Source of the DNA: Calcarisporiella thermophila CBS 279.70
Lineage: Eukaryota > Fungi > Calcarisporiellomycota
DNA: 64,000 nucleotides
NCBI RefSeq assembly: GCF_041956535.1
Contig: NW_027192216.1
Span: 76,274 to 140,273 of the forward strand
Direction: 5' to 3'
The notes beneath the pieces were generated by a model. It was given only the letters and a program-made list of their open reading frames with translations. It did no database searches and was not told the origin of the DNA. This document shows, piece by piece, positions 12,537 through 24,918 of this stretch. The position numbers and the translations under genes are program-made. Positions within the stretch are counted from its first letter, which is position 1, and the number at the start of each line of letters is the position of its first letter.

Positions 12537-13545
12537 ATGCACAAATTTGTCTCCCGCTATACAGCGCCTTCAACGTACATTAATTGCGACGAGTTCAATG
12601 CTGAATTTGATGCCGCAAAAGAATTCAGCATCCCGACGTTTACGATCCCTAACGTCCATAACGTAGTAGATTGCGATTTATTTACTACTCTAACCCTCGC
12701 TAACTCATTTTCCCTTATAGCCTGTCAATTTTCTGAAGACATATACCTCAGAGAATGCCAACCCTCAGATTCGGATTCAGCACGGTACCACTACCCTTGC
12801 CTTTGTATTCCAAGGAGGCGTAATCGTCGCAGTAGATTCGCGTGCCTCGGCTGGAGCGACCATTGCATCGCAAACCGTCAAAAAGGTCATTGAAATTAAT
12901 CCTTATCTTCTTGGCACTTTGGCTGGCGGTGCTGCGGATTGTCAGTTTTGGGAGCGGGAGCTGGGCAGACAGTGCAGACTGTTTGAGTTGAGGAACAGAG
13001 AGAGGATTTCTGTTGCCGCGGCTTCTAAACTGCTAGCAAACATGGTTTATTCCTACAAGGGAATGGGGCTTTCTATGGTAATGCTTATTCTATTGCCGTT
13101 GCTTCGGATGATTCGAATCCTCATTCTATACAATTTAGGGTACCATGTTGGCCGGTTGGGACAAATCGGGGCCTAATCTTTTCTACATCGACTCTGACGG
13201 AACTCGTCTCAAGGGTGATCTGTTCTCGGTTGGTTCAGGTTCTACTTTCGCTTATGGTGTGCTAGACAGCCAGTATGACTACGACCTCTCGGTGGCGGAT
13301 GCGATTGACTTGGCTCGACGATCGATCTATCATGCTACTCACCGGGATTCTTACTCTGGAGGCGTAGTGAATTGTAAGAGGAGCCTTTTTTTCGGAGGAG
13401 TATGTGAATTGTTTTGCGCTAATTCCTATTCAATACTTCTATAGTGTACCATGTCAAGGAAGACGGATGGGTGTTCATTGACCAGCGGGATGTATCTGAC
13501 TTGCACTATGAGTATCAAGATCAGCCAAAACCGCGTCTTTCTTAA
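12537..13545 (+). CDS. PRE2: 20S proteasome subunit beta5 (Pre2/PSMB5)
   Basis: Propeptide then HG|[43 protein letters not shown]. Confidence 0.97.
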
Positions 13546-14406
13546 GTCACTCTGTTGCTGATATATATACTTTTGTTCTGTACATTTTCTCTCTGCTCTC
13601 CGATAAGTATTAATTGAGATTTTTTTTTCACTGAATAAATACACGACTATTCAATGTTACAATCGCTGGCCATTGCTTGGGAGAACAAGCTTGAAAGCAA
13701 GCACATTAAAGAGCGTTGCAATAATGTTTGTCTCTAACGAAGGTTTACAAAGCTCGAATACACGAGCTTCTCTTTCATTCAGAAATACAAAACTTGACTA
13801 TACAAGGGTGTATAGGAGTGACCCTTATTTCCAATCCACAATAATCCATGCCGATCTGTTGTTAAAACGAAGTGAGCATAAACATGCGTAGTGAAAATAG
13901 TGATTAAGTGCGTTGGAAGATATCATGAGTAAGGAGAGTTTTAAACCCCACCTAAATCTTTGGAGTGTAAAATATCCTCCTATCGTTGGAGTAAATGGCT
14001 TTCACAGCATTCAGATAATCTGAATGCTGTTCCTATTTTAAACCTGGCGTATTAGGGGGTTTGTGGATGACACAGGTTAAAGCTGATGTTGCTGGGATAT
14101 TTTGGTTGCGCAAGCACTGTATCAGAAGCAACCTATGTTCTTTTTCTCAAGGGAGATGTGGGTACCCTAGAGAAGAGAGAAGAATAGAATAAAGGAGGTT
14201 CTATTGTCCATACAAAATGGGAAAATAGAGACGGGTGGTTCTAGACATTGCCTAAGCTATCAGAAAGCACATACTGCAGGTGTGAAATGAGAAAGAGACA
14301 TTAAGAAGAAAAAAAATACGAAGAACAAAAGACTAAGTGAAAGCATAATAGAAATTGAGGAGAGGCAATACATTAGAGGTGACGGACGGCTTGGCCCCAT
14401 CACTAT

Positions 14407-14607
14407 CTATTTTGCGTTGGGCTTTGTCCTTGACTGCTGCACCTGGTCTGTCTTTCGCGCTTCATTCTTCTTTGCCGCAGCAAAGTTCTCACGGAAAGGG
14501 GCAGGAGGCGAGTAGCTGCACACCGGCGTCACTATGGAGGGGTCCTCGCTAATGAGGTTGGGGACGCGGCGAAGCATGGAAGTGTCGATGATAAAAGGCT
14601 TGGGCAT
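14407..14607 (-). CDS. Small hypothetical protein, 66 aa (MPKPFIIDTSMLRRVP...)
   Basis: ATG in CCGCCATG context, TATAAAA at ~14739-14745 on the minus strand, pyrimidine-rich 3' flank; no recognised domain. Confidence 0.45.
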   Translation of the reverse strand: MPKPFIIDTSMLRRVPNLISEDPSIVTPVCSYSPPAPFRENFAAAKKNEARKTDQVQQSRTKPNAK

Positions 14608-15162
14608 GGCGGGCGGAGGTAGCTTGCAGTAGAGAGATGGGAGAAGAGGCAAGTATTATAAGTAAGTGTACATTAAATGACAGGATGGCAGGAGCCAAGG
14701 CGGTGGATTGTGAGAAAAAAGAGGAGCAGTCGTGCCGCTTTTATACCCCCTCCGTAAATGGGATGCGCAGGGTGACCCAGGCCGGCTTTTTCTGACTCTT
14801 AAATCTTCGAGAAAATTGCGAGGTGTTTATGCCATTCATTTTCTCAAATACTGAATGTCTCACTTGAGACCGCTCTGGAGCCCGATCCCGCAGCAATATT
14901 AATTGAGGGTTGAGATTGATATAAAACAATGCAGCAGGAGAGGCATCGTAGCAGCCGATGTATTGAAGATAGCTTATCGTGGTAACGCGCACAGGCTCTA
15001 GACGCTGCTCTCCTGCTCCGCGGCTCCCACCGATTTGGATTTGATCCTAATAACGGCTCTGCGTATCATTCCATGCCATTGATCCCGTAGCTATTTCCTT
15101 TTTCCATTGCGGCACCGACTTAGCCTAGTGGCTAGAAGCGCTCAGGCTTCTCTTTCTGTGTT

Positions 15163-15206
15163 GAGGAGGAGGAGGAGGAGGAGGAGGAGGAGAAAGAGGA
15201 GGAGGA
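15163..15206. repeat. (GAG)n microsatellite
   Basis: Run of GAG triplets upstream of the SNF2 gene. Confidence 0.9.
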
Positions 15207-15467
15207 TCATCCAAGGGGTCTCTAGAAGATTCATTATGTAACCAGCGTATCTTGCATTCAATCCATCCTCCTCTGATCTACTTAAGAGGAAACTCAAGTG
15301 TCACTTGAATGGCTGCGCCCCCGCACCATTGGGGGGCTAAGAAGACTAAATTTCCACTGATATCACATTAAGCCTATGACATAAAAGTATTTAGAAGCAT
15401 ATTGCCACTCTCCCTACAACTCAAAACACTTAGAGATCGTACCTTTGCATAGTTTGCGCGTTCTCCG

Positions 15468-18400
15468 ATGAGCATGGATGATCCCTCTCATCCAACCATA
15501 CCATCTACAACTCCCCACATCGATCCCAATTCTGCCTCTAATCCTTCCAACCTCAGTTTTCACCCCTACCTAGAATTAGAGAGCACTAAAAACGAGTATG
15601 AACAGAAGTGGATGGAGATTCTCCATAATGATACCTCGGATATTCGCGCGCCTATCCACTCTGATCAGCTTCCATGCAGATCTGAGGGGATGTATTTGCA
15701 AGGTGGAATGAACGATGTTACGGCAGTTGGAGAGAAACGGCAGAGGGAAGATGCTGAGAATTTGAATTCAAAACTGTGGAGGCTTAAGAATGATACCCTT
15801 TCGGGATTTGAGGGTACATCGAGAACACTCAGAGCTGAGCCATTCTCTCCAGGTCCACTGGTAAACATGCCACCCCAGGCGGAATCGGCCTCGTCTCCAG
15901 CATTGCAAGGAGGAGCAGTACAAAATAATGCATATCTATGGCTTCCTCGTAACTTCACTCCTGTAAACACCCCCCTTCAAACACCTTTGTGCACACCCAG
16001 TCATACACCACCAAGACATGTTTCACCGCGATTAGGACCCTCTTACTCCTCGGTTCCCTCGCTAACCGCCTTGCACCAAGCATCTCTCTCACGGGAAAAA
16101 CCCACGTCGCAGACAATGTCGCAGATAATTTCGCAGGCTTCGCCTGGCTTGAAACCGTTGAACACTCAGCCTGAAATCGTCGATCTCACCCTGGATGATC
16201 GCGACTCCTCTGAGGACGATTTGATCATCGATGAGGAATCCACTAATCGAAGCGCCCAAACGCCTGTCTGTATCGGATCCATCATGACCAATGTGATAGT
16301 TACGCAGAAGCGCATATTTGCGTTCGAGGAGGGAATAGAGCGGCTCCTACTTCGGTTTGAGGGTTCCGGGAGACTGACCGGAAATTACAGTGAGTATTTC
16401 ACTATGGTGGAGAGCAAGCAGTTCGCAAGACTGAATTTGTCATTTTAGCCATCAAGGTGTACAATCGCCACGGTGAGCATTTCGGGTTCGTGCCATGGAA
16501 CCCAATCGCAAATACCATTGGCCCATTGTGCGATGCGGGGATCGTATGTCGCATTGATGCGTTCACCCCACGGCATCGCTCGAATGTAAAGCGTTTTCAT
16601 AAACTTCAATTTTGCTTTTTTGCAATTGGAATGCTCACTTTTGGTTACTTCTTTTCTCCTATTCTGCTATTCACTTAGGTGATCGAGCCACCTCTTATGC
16701 TTATCCTGCATACTCTCCCCATGAATATCGAGAGGGCTGGGGCCCTTCTTGCCAAGAATTACATCTTCCTACGAGATCCTCCTAGAGAGTTCCGTGCACG
16801 CTATCAGAATCCTCACATTAAGTTGGCCGAGTCCCAGAGAATACTTCCTTTCCGACCCTCCTCCACCCCGAATTTAGTGCCCTCTCCCCTGCCACCGACA
16901 CAGCCGAGTTATGTAAGGACGACACAGCAGATTCAGCAGGACATACAAGACTTGCTCAAAAATCTGAGCTCTGCTGACGACGATGAGGAGGATGAGGAGG
17001 AGGAGAAGGAGGGCGAGCCGGAGGACACGAAAGAGAGGAAGCGAAGGCCTCGGGTGGAGGGGGTGGAGGGCCTGAGCATCGAGTTGATGCCGCACCAAAA
17101 GCGAGGCGTGGGGTGGATGATGGAGCGCGAGAAATCCGGCGGGGGGATCCTCGCGGATGATATGGGATTGGGCAAAACAGTGCAGACCATTGCTTTGATA
17201 CTGGGACAACGGCCGCCAAAGGAGGTGGTCGAGGAGCAAGGTAGACGGGCCACGCTTATTGTGGTGCCGTTGGCATTGCTGAGGCAATGGCAGGGAGAGA
17301 TTTTGGCAAAGTCAAGGGAGGGCGAGGTCCAAGTATGGGTGCATCATGGAAGTGGAAGAATTAAAGGCACGTGTTTTTGGTTGTAGGGCCATGGTTTGTG
17401 GGGGCAAGGGGCTAAATCTTGACTCTACTTCTATTTCTTTTTTTTTCTGCTGTAGATTCAGAGAAGTTCAAAAGCTACGACGTGGTGATCACCACCTACC
17501 AGATGGTGACTCAGGAATGCCCCGACCTTCCCTCACGAAACAAACGTGCAAAGAAAAGACGTACGCAAGCACATCTCCTTGAGAATCAGCCGCCACTGTC
17601 ATCGGATCTAAGCTCGGTGGACTACGAGGCGGACGACACGGATAGCACTGCTGCATTCCCTGATGGAAATGAGGAGGATAATGGCGAGGTTGCGCTGGGC
17701 AATGGCGAGCGAGGGCCGCTCTTTAACGCCAAGTGGTGGCGGGTCGTGCTCGACGAAGGACATGCGATCAAAAATAAGAATACTAGAAGCGCGCTTGCCT
17801 GCTGTGAACTGGACGCTGAGAAGCGTTGGATACTGACGGGGACACCGGTGCAAAACAATGTAGAAGAGTTGTACAGCCTGTTCAAGTTCTTGAGAGCCAA
17901 GCCCTACTCGGACTACGGGAGATTCAGGGAGGATATTGCGAAGCCGATGCAGTCTGGGGGAGAAAAGCAGGCCATGGCGAAACTGCAGGTAATTTTCGCC
18001 GGGACTTGAGTGAGCCGGGCCAATGCTTGACCTCATTTATTATCTAGCTGCTTCTCAAGTCGATTATGATGCGACGGACCAAGGCGGTCTTGGGTCGCAA
18101 ACAACAACCGTCTTCCACCCATTCCACCCATGGGGCTTCTGCCCCTCTGGACGATTCCGCAGTCGCACCCCTAGAGAAACCCCCCGAGGAGCTTCCGGCA
18201 AAACCCAGTCCCTCCCGTGCTCTCTCGCTTGCGCTTCCCGCTCGCAACGTCCGCGAGTACACGGCGAAATTTTCCGAAGACGAATTGGCCTTTTACCGTC
18301 AATTAGAGAGCAGAACACAAAACTCGCTTCGGGGCGTGTTGACAGCAGCTGGTGGGGAAGAGTCGAATGAGGGAGGGGGTGGGAGCGGTAATGGCAGAGC

Positions 18401-19418
18401 GGGGCAATATATTAATATGCTATGCCTATTGCTTCGTTTGCGGCAAGGTCCGTGGAATCACCTTGCATATACATTGGAATGGATCCGTTAACGTGTCCGT
18501 TTTTCTTTTTAGCTTGCAACCATCCTCTCCTCATTCTAAAGCACGCTGCAGAGGCGGAAGAGAGCGTTGAAGCCGAAGCCGGGATGGAAGCCGAGGCCGC
18601 GCTTACCAAAAAGGGAAGCGGGAGAACGTGTATCATCTGTCTGGAGCGGTAAGCCCTCTTAGGTTCCCATACGCATCCCTTTCACACACAGCTAAAAGGC
18701 GTTGCTTTTCTGCTGCACCAGGATCTCAAACCCGGCGATGAGCTACTGCTCCACCTGTCAGTCCCAATTTGCCCCCTGGATTAAGTCTCCCCCCACCACC
18801 TCGACGAAAATACTTCGCCTCCTCCAGGTCCTTCACGAGACCCACACCAAGTATCCTGGAGCTAAAGTGATCGTTTTTTCTCAATTTACCTGCATGCTCG
18901 ATCTCGTGGAGGAGTCATTGAAGAAGGAGGGCTTCATCTATAGCAGGTACGATGGCAGCATGTCCGCGCAGGCGCGGGAACGTAGCATTGAGATGCTTCA
19001 GACACGGGCCGAGGTGACGGTCATGCTGGTGTCACTGAAGAGCGGGAGCTTGGGGTTGAACCTGAGCGCTGCAAATCACGTGATTCTCTTGGATGTGTGG
19101 TGGAATCCAGGTAAGTTGGTTCTCGTTGGACCGACCGAGCTCGGATATGGCAGGGAACTCATCGCCGTTGCTATTTTCTTCTTTATCTTAGCCATCGAGG
19201 ACCAGGCGATCGACCGCGTGCACCGTATCGGGCAGCGCCATCCCGTATTTGTAACGAAGCTGAGCATCGAAGATACCGTGGAGGCACGCATCAAGCAGTT
19301 GCAGGAGAAGAAGCGTGTCCTTGCAAAGGGAGCGCTGGGCGATGGCTCTGCTGCACTGAAGTTCAACAAGCTCTCGCTTCAAGAGATCTTGTATCTATTT
19401 CAGGGAGGCAAATCGTGA
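15468..19418 (+). CDS. Rad5/Uls1-group SNF2 ATPase with SIM-like motifs, HIRAN-like region and degenerate RING
   Basis: GGILADDMGLGKT, VVLDEGHAIKN, LTGTPVQN, LLLRLRQACNHP, VFSQFT, GLNL..AN, DQAIDRVHRIGQ; EIVDLT and DLIIDEE SIM-like motifs. Confidence 0.93.
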
Positions 19419-19794
19419 AGAATACCCTAGACATAATTCCCCTTTTTATTTCTCCTTTCCCCCCAGACTCCATCTCACCTCACCACTCCCCCCTCCCCTC
19501 CCCCTCCTCCTCTATTTATTCTGGCTTCCGCCTGCATACATGACTTTATTTTTAATATGTATTCATTATTTTGCTTTTCCTCCGGTTGCTTTTCTATTTT
19601 GCCCTAACGATCCTCTGGACTGCTATGAGAAACCTCCAATAAATTCCATTGTATATTAGAAGGAAATTATAGAATACAAAAAATGTTTATGAAGGTAAAA
19701 AAAAAAAGGTGAGAGCGAAAAGAAAAAGAGCCATATCAACAAAAATATACAATAGTATATCAAAAATGTTTACAAAAATGGATTTATCTTGTGT

Positions 19795-21367
19795 TTAGCT
19801 ATCCCGGCTTTCCATCTCCTCCTCCTCGTCGAAGCACTCCACGATATCCTCCACGAGCTCGTCATCATACACGGGTGCACTCTCGGCTACGCTTAGGATG
19901 GGTGTTCCGTGGTGGGCGACGGCGGAAATTTGCGCACACCATTCCTCGAACTCGCGCTCGTCGCGGACGTAGAAGCCAAAGAGCATGGATGGATCCAGTT
20001 GGGAGATAGGGATATGGAGAGGGGCTTCGCAGTGGAAAGTGGCCAGCTCCTGCCACAATAAAGCAAAAATGGGGTTAAAAGGTCTCCGGCAGATGCCTTG
20101 CAATAATCGAACGAAAAATCTCGTTCTGCTCACCTCCTCAGTAAAATCTTCTAGAGCTTTTGGCTCGATGGCTGGCCGAGCCACGTGGGGATCCAGATAC
20201 ATCATCTCGTCACCACGGTAACCCACGAAATACAACGACGAGCACGGCTTCCCCCCTGCGATTCCAACGCTCTGCGGAAGCCTCAAATAAGCTTTGAGGG
20301 CGTGGTGATAGATAGGGTTTAGCCGATCGGTTCCCAATCGTATAGGAATTAGGATGAGTAGCGGGCGGAAACCACCGGGGGAGAGTTTGGCGATCTGGTC
20401 GCGATATATAACCCCGTCGTTCGCAGAATAGACTGTTAGCTGTGATGTTTCGTAGCTGGTCACCAGCGCTCTATAACGAAGGGGGTATTATCATTAGAGT
20501 GCCATTCCATTGTAGCGCAAAAATGGGGGAGGGAGAGGGGAACAGATTTTGATTACTTGATGGCACTCGATGCTGTCGAGGGTCCAAACCACTCTCCAAT
20601 ATTTTTTCCAAGTTGCTTGCCAAGCAAGGCTACACGGTGGATGGCAAATGGGCTCTGCGGCCCAAATACATCCAGGAACCAGGTGATGATCTTCGCGTAC
20701 TCCAACCAGGTCTCATGGGATCGGTCGCATCTTTTCCAATCTGGGCCGGATATGGAATAGAAGTAAGGAGGAGACGTGGAGGAATGGACCGACAGACGAG
20801 CAAATCACATTTACCTCTTCCGAGAAGATGAAATTGAAGGGCATTAGCCAGCAGAGACTGCCCCGATCGCAGCATGCATCCCCATCCTACATCGCTGGTG
20901 AAATTGGCAGGCCGTATTGGGGGGAAGTTGTATCTGTAGGTCATCCATATTCGTGACTCAAAATCCGCCTTGAATGCCTCCTCCTCTCCCTCCAAGTATC
21001 GCTGGCCCATTAACCAGACCTCCTCTTCTTTTTCTATCTTGAAATGATTCCGTGACTGAGCGCTGCCGATGGTCATGGATGAAGAATTGCTATTGGGAGG
21101 TCTGCCTCCACTATTTGCTGGCAGCGATGTGGAGTCTGCTGGTGGTTCCCACCACGAATTGATCCATCGGCCAATCCTAGTAGGAAGTTCACTAGCCTCG
21201 CGTGTTACGCCGTGTTGGGCATCAGCAATGCGGAGACGGGCTTTGAGGTCGCTGATGCTCGGCATAAAGGAGAGGGAGGTGGGGGGTATGTGCTGAGATG
21301 GCGGGAGGAAGGGTGGCGGCGACGAGCGGGGCTTGGGTTTGTCTCTTGGCGGGGGTTGAGTTGCCAT
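19795..21367 (-). CDS. ATG4: Autophagy cysteine protease Atg4
   Basis: [20 protein letters not shown] (catalytic Cys), [21 protein letters not shown]. Confidence 0.96.
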
Positions 21368-22441
21368 TATGCCCTCAATACAGCTTAGTGTTCTATCTCC
21401 AGTCTTCCCAGCTTGCCGGTTCTTTTGTAGGAGTTATGTGCGGAAGAGTCGAATGGAGTGAATATAAATTGGTTCTACAATCTCTATTCCAACAAAGATA
21501 TCCACCGCAATAGATCAAGATAGCGTGACAGGAGGAAAATCAAAGCCAGCAGCTTCCTCAATAACCGAAATCACGGGGAAAATGAGCCACGAACAGCTTA
21601 GGTTGCAGGACTGCCCGCTGCAAATTCCCTCCTTCCATGCTGGGGAGTGCATCCTTAGACGGTGGTGTCCCATAGACACTCTTGCAAGGAGGAGATGCAT
21701 GCATTCTCATCGGCCCAAGTGTTCTTCTTTTTACCGGACAATTGTGTTAAGGAACACTCCAAGCAGTATCCGAATGAGAAGGTTTCTCCTGAGAGCCTGT
21801 TTTTGCCATGGCTGAAAATATCGACAGGGTTGAGGTGCCCCCTCTTCAACCCGCTCCTTGGGCGCCAATACGGGCGGCCCCCTTTCTCGCCCCTTCCCCA
21901 AGTGCCTGAAGAGGATGGTGGCCCTGTGAAAGAGGATGACCGCAGGAGTAGCTTCTAGATACTTGGAAACCCTCCCTGATGTGACTGCGTTATGGCTTAA
22001 GAATGTATGCAATCTCCGACCTAATTTTTATTCTCCTCCTTTGCGTGGAGGTTCAAGCGGCGTTCATAGAGGAGGAGAGAAGGAACTCTGTCATCTCCAA
22101 TTCCGTTTTAAGGGTGCGAAAATTCATCGACATCTTTGCCCACCGTCTCATTCCATCATCTTAGAGTGAGTCTCTGTTTTTCTGCTCTTTTCCAAAATAT
22201 TTAGGATTAGTTTGTGAACCTAAACCTTTCCATGTTCTAATCTTAATTTTTGGATTTCTTATTTTTTCTCTTTCTCTCTCTGCCTTCTCTCTCACTCATT
22301 CTCTCTTTTCCTTTGGATGGTTTCAGGTGTTTATCTATCTTCGTGATTGCTGGTTATCCTCTCCGCCTCTCACGTCCCTCCCCCCCTCTCTGCTTCATTT
22401 TCCTCCAAAAGCTCCCCGCCTTTTATCCAGAGTAGAGCTGA

Positions 22442-24071
22442 ATGACGAGTCATAATCTGTCGACTACATTAGGATCCGCCCTCCCTACCCTGAACAGTGT
22501 TATCGGGGTCCATTACCGTGTCTCCAAAAAGATAGGAGAGGGATCCTTCGGAATCATATATGAAGGTGAGTAGCATCCGAGATTGCGAACACGAGCCTCT
22601 GCATTTGTTGGTCGGTTGGTTGATGAACGGATGGATTCATTCCATTTTACTAGGAATTAATCTGCTAAACTCGCAACCTGTGGCGATGAAGTTTGAGCCA
22701 CGAAAGGCGGAAGCGCCCCAACTGAGGGATGAGTACCGTGCATACAAGATCCTCGCCGGATGCAGTAAGTGGTTTTTCATTCATCTGCTTCGCTGTGATT
22801 GTGTGTGTGAACATTCCCTGATGGCTCTTCTGCATCCACCCCTAGTCGGCATCCCCAATGTGTATTATTTTGGCCAAGAAGGCATATACAATGTGCTGAT
22901 CCTCGACCTGCTTGGGCCGAGCTTGGAGGATCTTTTTGATCTGTGCGGGCGCAAGTTTTCTGTCAAGACCACGTGCATGCTCGCCAAACAGATGATCTCG
23001 CGGGTCCAAACGATTCATGAAAAATTCCTCATCTATCGCGACATCAAGCCGGATAATTTCTTGATGGGCAGGCCCGGGACCAAGCATGATGGCACCGTTT
23101 TTATGGTGGATTTTGGCATGGCCAAGTTGTATCGCGACCCCAAGACCAAACAGCACATCCCATATAGAGAGCGGAAGAGCCTAAGCGGCACGGCAAGATA
23201 CATGAGCATCAACACCCATCTAGGGAGGGGTGAGTGGCCGCCATTGGTTCACATGGAATCTCCAACCAGGGCATTTAACCTCCCCTTCCCCTTCCCCCTT
23301 CTCCTCCTCTTTGAATAGAGCAATCGAGGCGTGACGACCTTGAGGCGCTCGGACACGTGTTCATGTATTTCCTTAGAGGATCGCTGCCCTGGCAGGGCTT
23401 GAAGGCGGCAACCAACAAACAAAAGTACGAGAAGATTGGCGAGAAAAAGCAGCATACGGGGACCAAAGAGCTGTGTGCTGGTTTTCCAGGTAAAGTATCG
23501 AAGACTTTCTCGGGGTCGAGAGGAGGCTGGAGCAGCTAATGGACACACTCTCGCCCCTACAGAGGAATTCGCAATCTACCTGACCTATGTCCGCAAACTC
23601 GGCTTCGAGGAGAGCCCGGACTACCAGTTCTTGCACGATCTCTTCGACAAGGCACTCGTGCGAGTGGGCGAAAAGGATGATGGGATGTTCGACTGGATGC
23701 TGTTGAACAATGGCAAGGGATGGAATGCGGAGCAGCGACCCCCGCCGCGGGGGGGCACCGGCCGGCACGGGGCTTTACAAGCCGCCCACGCGGCCGTCAA
23801 CCCGACCCCCGATCCGCGCAATAAGCCACGACTGAAAGCGACTCCTACGGGTGGAGGCGGGGGCGCCTCGCCGCTTGCCCCTCCCCTCTCGTCGCAAAAC
23901 TTGAATCCGCACCGCTTCACAGACACCCCGACTGCGGAGGCTTGTCGTTCGCGCAAGGTTGGGTTCTGGAGAGGGCTGTGGAACTGTCTGACGTGCAAAG
24001 GCTCTTCGTGCTGCGAGCGCCCTATGGGATATTGTTGCTGCTGTGGTTGTCAGTCGAGCGTAGATGACTGA
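22442..24071 (+). CDS. Casein kinase I (Yck/Cki/CK1-gamma type) with Cys-rich tail
   Basis: [55 protein letters not shown]. Confidence 0.97.
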
Positions 24072-24918
24072 CTGCTCTCCCCGGCGTGTTTGGGAGAGGG
24101 GCTTATTTAATGTATTCTCCGTGACACCCGAGGCGGCGGGATGCTCTTTGCATTGCAGCCGAGAGTCAAGGGCTATTTCATCCCTCCCCACCCCCCTCCC
24201 CCCTCCCCCTTTCTCTCCCTACCTCCCTATATCCAAGTAACTATGTTTATATATTTGCCTATTTTTTTTCCTCCATATCTTTATCCCTCTTGCGGCGCTC
24301 ACCTTCCCCGCCCCCGCCCCCCCCCCCACCCTACCACCACCCCCATCCTCATACCCTTTCTATAACGTTATTCTCTGTTGCGGTTTCCTTTTTGTTGTGT
24401 ATTTGATTTTTCTTTTAGTCCCACCCCTTATGTTATTTATTCCTATATTCTCTTTCTGTTGGTCCCCGCGCCTTTTTTCCCTCATCAGTGCTTGTTCTTT
24501 ATGCAACCCTATTTGGCGGCTTCTCCTCTACTGTCTATTACGATTCAATTGGACCCGTTTTCCCATGAGAAAAAGAGGAATGTGTGAAGTTGACTCACCA
24601 ATTTCGTCATCCTCCCGACCTGATTGGACGGGAGGGGGACGAAATTGACCCTGACGCCTATAAATGAAATCGATTCTCCATCCTCTCCATTAGCTCCTAC
24701 AAGTTTTCTTTTTTCGCGACTTCGCGTCCAAATCAACGAGAAAATAGTACGCGTTTCAACATGGTGCAGCTTGATATCTTCTACGTGAATCCCATTGCTC
24801 TCTGTAGCCCTTGATACATTTCTTTCCCTCGGGCTTGGCCTAATTTCACTAACCCCCCCCCCGCCTCTCCATTCGTAGTGGTCGGCTCCCTCTTCGAGCA
24901 TTTGGTAGGCTATGTCAT

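Noticed and set aside
13925-13940. ATGAGTAAGGA resembling the U12 snRNA branch-pairing region
   Set aside because: Lacks the upstream TGCCTTAAA and a downstream Sm site.
21525-22169. Overlapping short ORFs and a TCC-TGA between ATG4 and CK1
   Set aside because: No recognisable domain; the TCC-TGA frame has a stop just upstream; most likely promoter or 5' UTR DNA.
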